From the NCBI GenBank assembly GCA_964016885.1, contig OZ024741.1:5828001-5892000 (forward strand): a stretch of 64,000 nt of DNA. Reading direction: 5' to 3'. Of the stretch, positions 58,901 through 64,000 are shown piece after piece (the stretch's first letter is position 1; each line of letters starts with the position of its first letter). The position numbers were made by a program, and so were the translations under genes. The notes below the pieces were generated by a model. The model worked only from the letters and a program-made list of their open reading frames with translations. It was not told the origin of the DNA and searched no databases. The DNA is from Eledone cirrhosa (taxonomy: Eukaryota).

Positions 58901-61900
58901 ATGTCACCCCTAACACTAATTACATCACAGAATATCTCAATTGTGAAGGTCTTATTAACATGTCACCCCTAACACTAATTACCTCACACAATATCTCAGC
59001 TGTGAAGGTCTAATTAACATGTCACCCCTAACACTAATTACCTCACAGAATATCTCAACTGTGAAGGTCTTACTAACATGTCACCCCTAACACTAATTAT
59101 CTCACAGAATATCTCAGCTGTGAAGGTCTTACTAACATGTCACCCCTAACACTAATTATCTCACAGAATATCTCAGATGTGAAGGTCTTACTAACATGTC
59201 ACCCCTAACACTAATTATCTCACAGAATATCTCAACTGTGAAGGTCTTACTAACATGTCACCCCTAACACTAATTATCTCACAGGATATCTCAGATGTGA
59301 AGGTCTTACTAACATGTCACCCCTAACACTAATTATCTCACAGAATATCTCAGTTGTGAAGGTCTTACTAACATGTCACCCCTAACACTAATTACCTCAC
59401 AGAATATCTCAGATGTGAAGGTCTTACTAACATTTCACCCCTAACACTAATTATCTCACAGAATAATTCAACTGTGAAGGTCTTACTAACATGTCACCCC
59501 TAACAGTAATTATCTCACAGAATATCTCAGATGTGAATGTCTTACTAACATGTCACCCCTAACACTAATTATCTCACAGAATATCTCAGCTGTGAAGGTC
59601 TTACTAACATGTCACCCCTAACACTAATTACCTCACAGAATATCTCAGCTGTGAAGGTCTTACTAACATGTCACCCCTAACACTAATTATCTCACAGAAT
59701 ATCTCAGATGTGAAGGTCTTACTAACATGTCACACCTAACACTAATTATCTCACAGAATATCTCAGATGTGAAGGTCTTACTAACATGTCACCCCTAACA
59801 CTAATTATCTCACAGAATATCTCAGATGTGAAGGTCTTACTAACATGTCACCCCTAACACTAATTACCTCACAGAATATCTCAGCTGTGAAGGTCTTACT
59901 AACATGTCACCCCTAACACGAATTACCTCACACAATATCTCAACAGTGAAGGTCTTACTAACATGTCACCCCTAACACTAATTACCTCACAGAATATCTC
60001 AGCTGTGAAGGTCTTACTAACATATCATCCCTAACACTAATTACCTCACAGAATATCTCAGCTGTGAAGGTCTTACTAACATGTCACCCCTAACACTAAT
60101 TACCTCAGAGAATATCACAGCTGTGAAGGTCTTACTAACATGTCACCCCTAACACTAATTATCTCACACAATATCTCAGTTGTGAAGGTCTTACTAACAT
60201 GTCACCCCTAACACTAATTACATCACAGAATATCTCAGCTGTGAAGGTCTAATTAACATGTCACCCCTAACACTAATTACCTCACACAATATCTCAGATG
60301 TGAAGGTCTTACTAACATGTCACCCCTAACACTAATTACCTCACAGAGTATCTTAGATGTGAAGGTCTTACTAACATGTCACCCCTAACACTAATTACCT
60401 CACAGAATATCTCAACTGTGAAGGTCTTACTAACATGTCACCCCTAACACTAATTACCTCACATAGTATCTTAGATGTGAAGGTCTTACTAACATGTCAC
60501 CCCTAACACTAATTACCTCACAGAATATCTCAGATGTGAAGGTCTAATTAACATGTCACCCCTAACACTAATTACCTCACAGAGTATCTTAGATGTGAAG
60601 GTATTACTAACATGTCACCCCTAACACTAATTACCTCACAGAATATCTCAGATGTGAAGGTCTTACTAACATGTCACCCCTAACACTAATTACCTCACAG
60701 AATATCTCAACTGTGAAGGTCTTACTAACATGTCACCCCTAACACTAATTATCTCACAGAATATCTCAGCTGTGAAGGTCTTACTAACATGTCACCCCTA
60801 ACACTAATTACCTCACAGAAAATCTCAGATGTGAAGGTCTTACTAACATGTCACCCCTAACACTAATTATCTCACAGAATATCTCAGATGTGAATGTCTT
60901 ACTAACATGTCACCCCTAACACTAATTATCTCACACAATATCTCAGATGTGAAGGTCTTACTAACATGTCACCCCCAACACTAATTATCTCACAGAATAT
61001 CTCAGATGTGAAGGTCTTACTAACATGTCACCCCTAACACTAATTACCTAACAGAATATCTCAGCTGTGAAGGTCTTACTAACGTGTGACGCCTAATACT
61101 AATTATCTCACAGAATATCTCAGATGTGAAGGTCTTAATAACATGTCACCCCTAACACTAATTACCTCACAGAATATCTCAGTTGTGAAGGTCTTACTAA
61201 CATGTCACCCCTAACAATAATTACCTCACAGAATATCTCAGCTGTGAAGGTCTAATTAACATGTCACCCCTAACACTAATTACCTCACAGAATATCTCAG
61301 ATGTGAAGGTCTTTCTAACATGTCATCCCTAACACTAATTACCTCACAAAATATCTCAGCCGTGAAAGTCTTACTAACATGTCACCCCTAACACTAATTA
61401 CATCACAGAATGTCTTAATTGTGAAGGTCTTACTAACATGTCACCCCTAACACTAATTACATCACAGAATATCTCAATTGTGAAGGTCTTATTAACATGT
61501 CACCCCTAACACTAATTACCTCACACAATATCTCAGCTGTGAAGGTCTAATTAACATGTCACCCCTAACACTAATTACCTCACAGAATATCTCAACTGTG
61601 AAGGTCTTACTAACATGTCACCCCTAACACTAATTACCTCACAGAATATCTCAGATGTGAAGGTCTTACTAACATGTCACCCCTAACACTAATTACCTCA
61701 CAGAATATCTCAACTGTGAAGGTCTTACTAACATGTCACCCCTAACACTAATTATCTCACAGAATATCTCAGCTGTGAAGGTCTTACTAACATGTCACCC
61801 CTAACACTAATTACCTCACAGAATATCTCAGATGTGAAGGTCTTACTAACATGTCACCCCTAACACTAATTATCTCACAGAATATCTCAGATGTGAATGT

Positions 61901-64000
61901 CTTACTAACATGTCACCCCTAACACTAATTATCTCACACAATATCTCAGATGTGAAGGTCTTACTAACATGTCACCCCCAACACTAATTATCTCACAGAA
62001 TATCTCAGATGTGAAGGTCTTACTAACATGTCACCCCTAACACTAATTACCTAACAGAATATCTCAGCTGTGAAGGTCTTACTAACGTGTGACGCCTAAT
62101 ACTAATTATCTCACAGAATATCTCAGATGTGAAGGTCTTAATAACATGTCACCCCTAACACTAATTACCTCACAGAATATCTCAGTTGTGAAGGTCTTAC
62201 TAACATGTCACCCCTAACAATAATTACCTCACAGAATATCTCAGTTGTGAAGGTCTAATTAACATGTCACCCCTAACACTAATTACCTCACAGAATATCT
62301 CAGATGTGAAGGTCTTTCTAACATGTCATCCCTAACACTAATTACCTCACAAAATATCTCAGCCGTGAAAGTCTTACTAACATGTCACCCCGAACACTAA
62401 TTACATCACAGAATGTCTTAATTGTGAAGGTCTTACTAACATGTCACCCCTAACACTAATTACATCACAGAATATCTCAATTGTGAAGGTCTTATTAACA
62501 TGTCACCCCTAACACTAATTACCTCACACAATATCTCAGCTGTGAAGGTCTAATTAACATGTCACCCCTAACACTAATTACCTCACAGAATATCTCAACT
62601 GTGAAGGTCTTACTAACATGTCACCCCTAACACTAATTATCTCACAGAATATCTCAGATGTGAAGGTCTTACTAACATGTCACCCCTAACACTAATTATC
62701 TCACAGAATATCTCAGCTGTGAAGGTCTTACTAACATGTCACCCCTAACACTAATTATCTCACAGAATATCTCAGATGTGAAGGTCTTACTAACATGTCA
62801 CCCCTAACACTAATTATCTCACAGAATATCTCAACTGTGAAGGTCTTACTAACATGTCACCCCTAACACTAATTATCTCACAGGATATCTCAGATGTGAA
62901 GGTCTTACTAACATGTCACCCCTAACACTAATTATCTCACAGAATATCTCAGTTGTGAAGGTCTTACTAACATGTCACCCCTAACACTAATTACCTCACA
63001 GAATATATCAGATGTGAAGGTCTTACTAACATGTCACCCCTAACACTAATTATCTCACAGAATATCTCAACTGTGAAGGTCTTACTAACATGTCACCCCT
63101 AACAGTAATTATCTCACAGAATATCTCAGATGTGAATGTCTTACTAACATGTCACCCCTAACACTAATTATCTCACAGAATATCTCAGCAGTGAAGGTCT
63201 TACTAACATGTCACCCCTAACACTAATTACCTCACAGAATATCTCAGCTGTGAAGGTCTTACTAACATGTCACCCCTAACACTAATTATCTCACAGAATA
63301 TCTCAGATGTGAAGGTCTTACTAACATGTCACACCTAACACTAATTATCTCACAGAATATCTCAGATGTGAAGGTCTTACTAACATGTCACCCCTAACAC
63401 TAATTATCTCACAAAATATCTCAGATGTGAAGGTCTTACTAACATGTCACCCCTAACACTAATTACCTCACAGAATATCTCAGCTGTGAAGGTCTTACTA
63501 ACATGTCACCCCTAACACGAATTACCTCACACAATATCTCAACAGTGAAGGTCTTACTAACATGTCACCCCTAACACTAATTACCTCACAGAATATCTCA
63601 GCTGTGAAGGTCTTACTAACATATCATCCCTAACACTAATTACCTCACAGAATATCTCAGCTGTGAAGGTCTTACTAACATGTCACCCCTAACACTAATT
63701 ACCTCAGAGAATATCACAGCTGTGAAGGTCTTACTAACATGTCACCCCTAACACTAATTATCTCACACAATATCTCAGTTGTGAAGGTCTTACTAACATG
63801 TCACCCCTAACACTAATTACATCACAGAATATCTCAGCTGTGAAGGTCTAATTAACATGTCACCCCTAACACTAATTACCTCACACAATATCTCAGATGT
63901 GAAGGTCTTACTAACATGTCACCCCTAACACTAATTACCTCACAGAGTATCTTAGATGTGAAGGTCTTACTAACATGTCACCCCTAACACTAATTACCTC
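58800..64000. repeat. 43-monomer unit followed by a 17-monomer sub-duplication and a restart of the unit
   Basis: GCCGTGAAAGT occurs at about 58822, 61359 and 62362, with offsets 2537 = 43x59 and 1003 = 17x59. AACAGTAAT (59506/63105) and CAACAGTGAA (59941/63540) are offset by 3599 = 61x59. Confidence 0.85.

Larger units (their letters stand above)
1..64000. repeat. 59-bp tandem satellite array (1083 full monomers + 24 bp), single orientation, open at both window ends
   Basis: The monomer GTCACCCCTAACACTAATTATCTCACAGAATATCTCAGATGTGAAGGTCTTACTAACAT (1-59) restarts at 60, 119, 178 and onward. The register holds to the end: a monomer start at 61381 equals 1 + 1039x59 + 79, and the 79 is explained by the 20 four-bp insertions and one 1-bp deletion I counted. 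Most monomers differ from consensus by only a few substitutions. Monomer 1 composition is A20 T17 C15 G7. Confidence 0.99.

Noticed and set aside
1-64000. CRISPR array or repeat-spacer system
   Set aside because: There are no unique spacers. The whole 59-bp unit repeats, variation is limited to a few substitutions, and there is no leader or cas gene.
1-64000. True telomere tract or G-quadruplex array on the minus strand
   Set aside because: There is only one perfect TTAGGG and one G-run per 59 bp. There is no tandem hexamer run, and loops of about 55 nt are too long for a canonical G4.
1-64000. Variant order as an information-encoding cassette or diversity-generating system
   Set aside because: The order is adequately explained by nested tandem duplications of an ancestral higher-order unit. 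No recombinase, reverse transcriptase or expression locus is present in the window.
1-64000. Hidden transposon insertion, inversion or unique island
   Set aside because: The 59-bp register is accounted for from start to end by the 20 four-bp insertions and one deletion, and I saw no reverse-oriented monomer or foreign sequence.

Overview
The whole 64-kb window is one uninterrupted, head-to-tail tandem array of a 59-bp monomer: 1083 complete copies plus 24 bp. The consensus is GTCACCCCTAACACTAATTAYCTCACAGAATATCTCARNTGTGAAGGTCTTACTAACAT (about 37% GC, no CpG). I found no genes, RNA genes, transposon insertions, inversions or CRISPR spacers. It looks like eukaryotic satellite DNA, possibly subtelomeric because each monomer carries CCCTAA, but neither the organism nor a named satellite family can be identified from the sequence alone. 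The informative structure lies in the variants. Monomer types recur in a conserved order, forming a loose higher-order repeat of roughly 40 monomers. On top of this sit nested tandem duplications of 14, 17, 19, 27-28, 39, 42, 43, 80-81 and 133 monomers. A +4 (TTAG) length variant is confined to 10.5-49.6 kb, and a more diverged layer lies at about 53-59 kb. I see no evidence of a novel gene-encoded system here.
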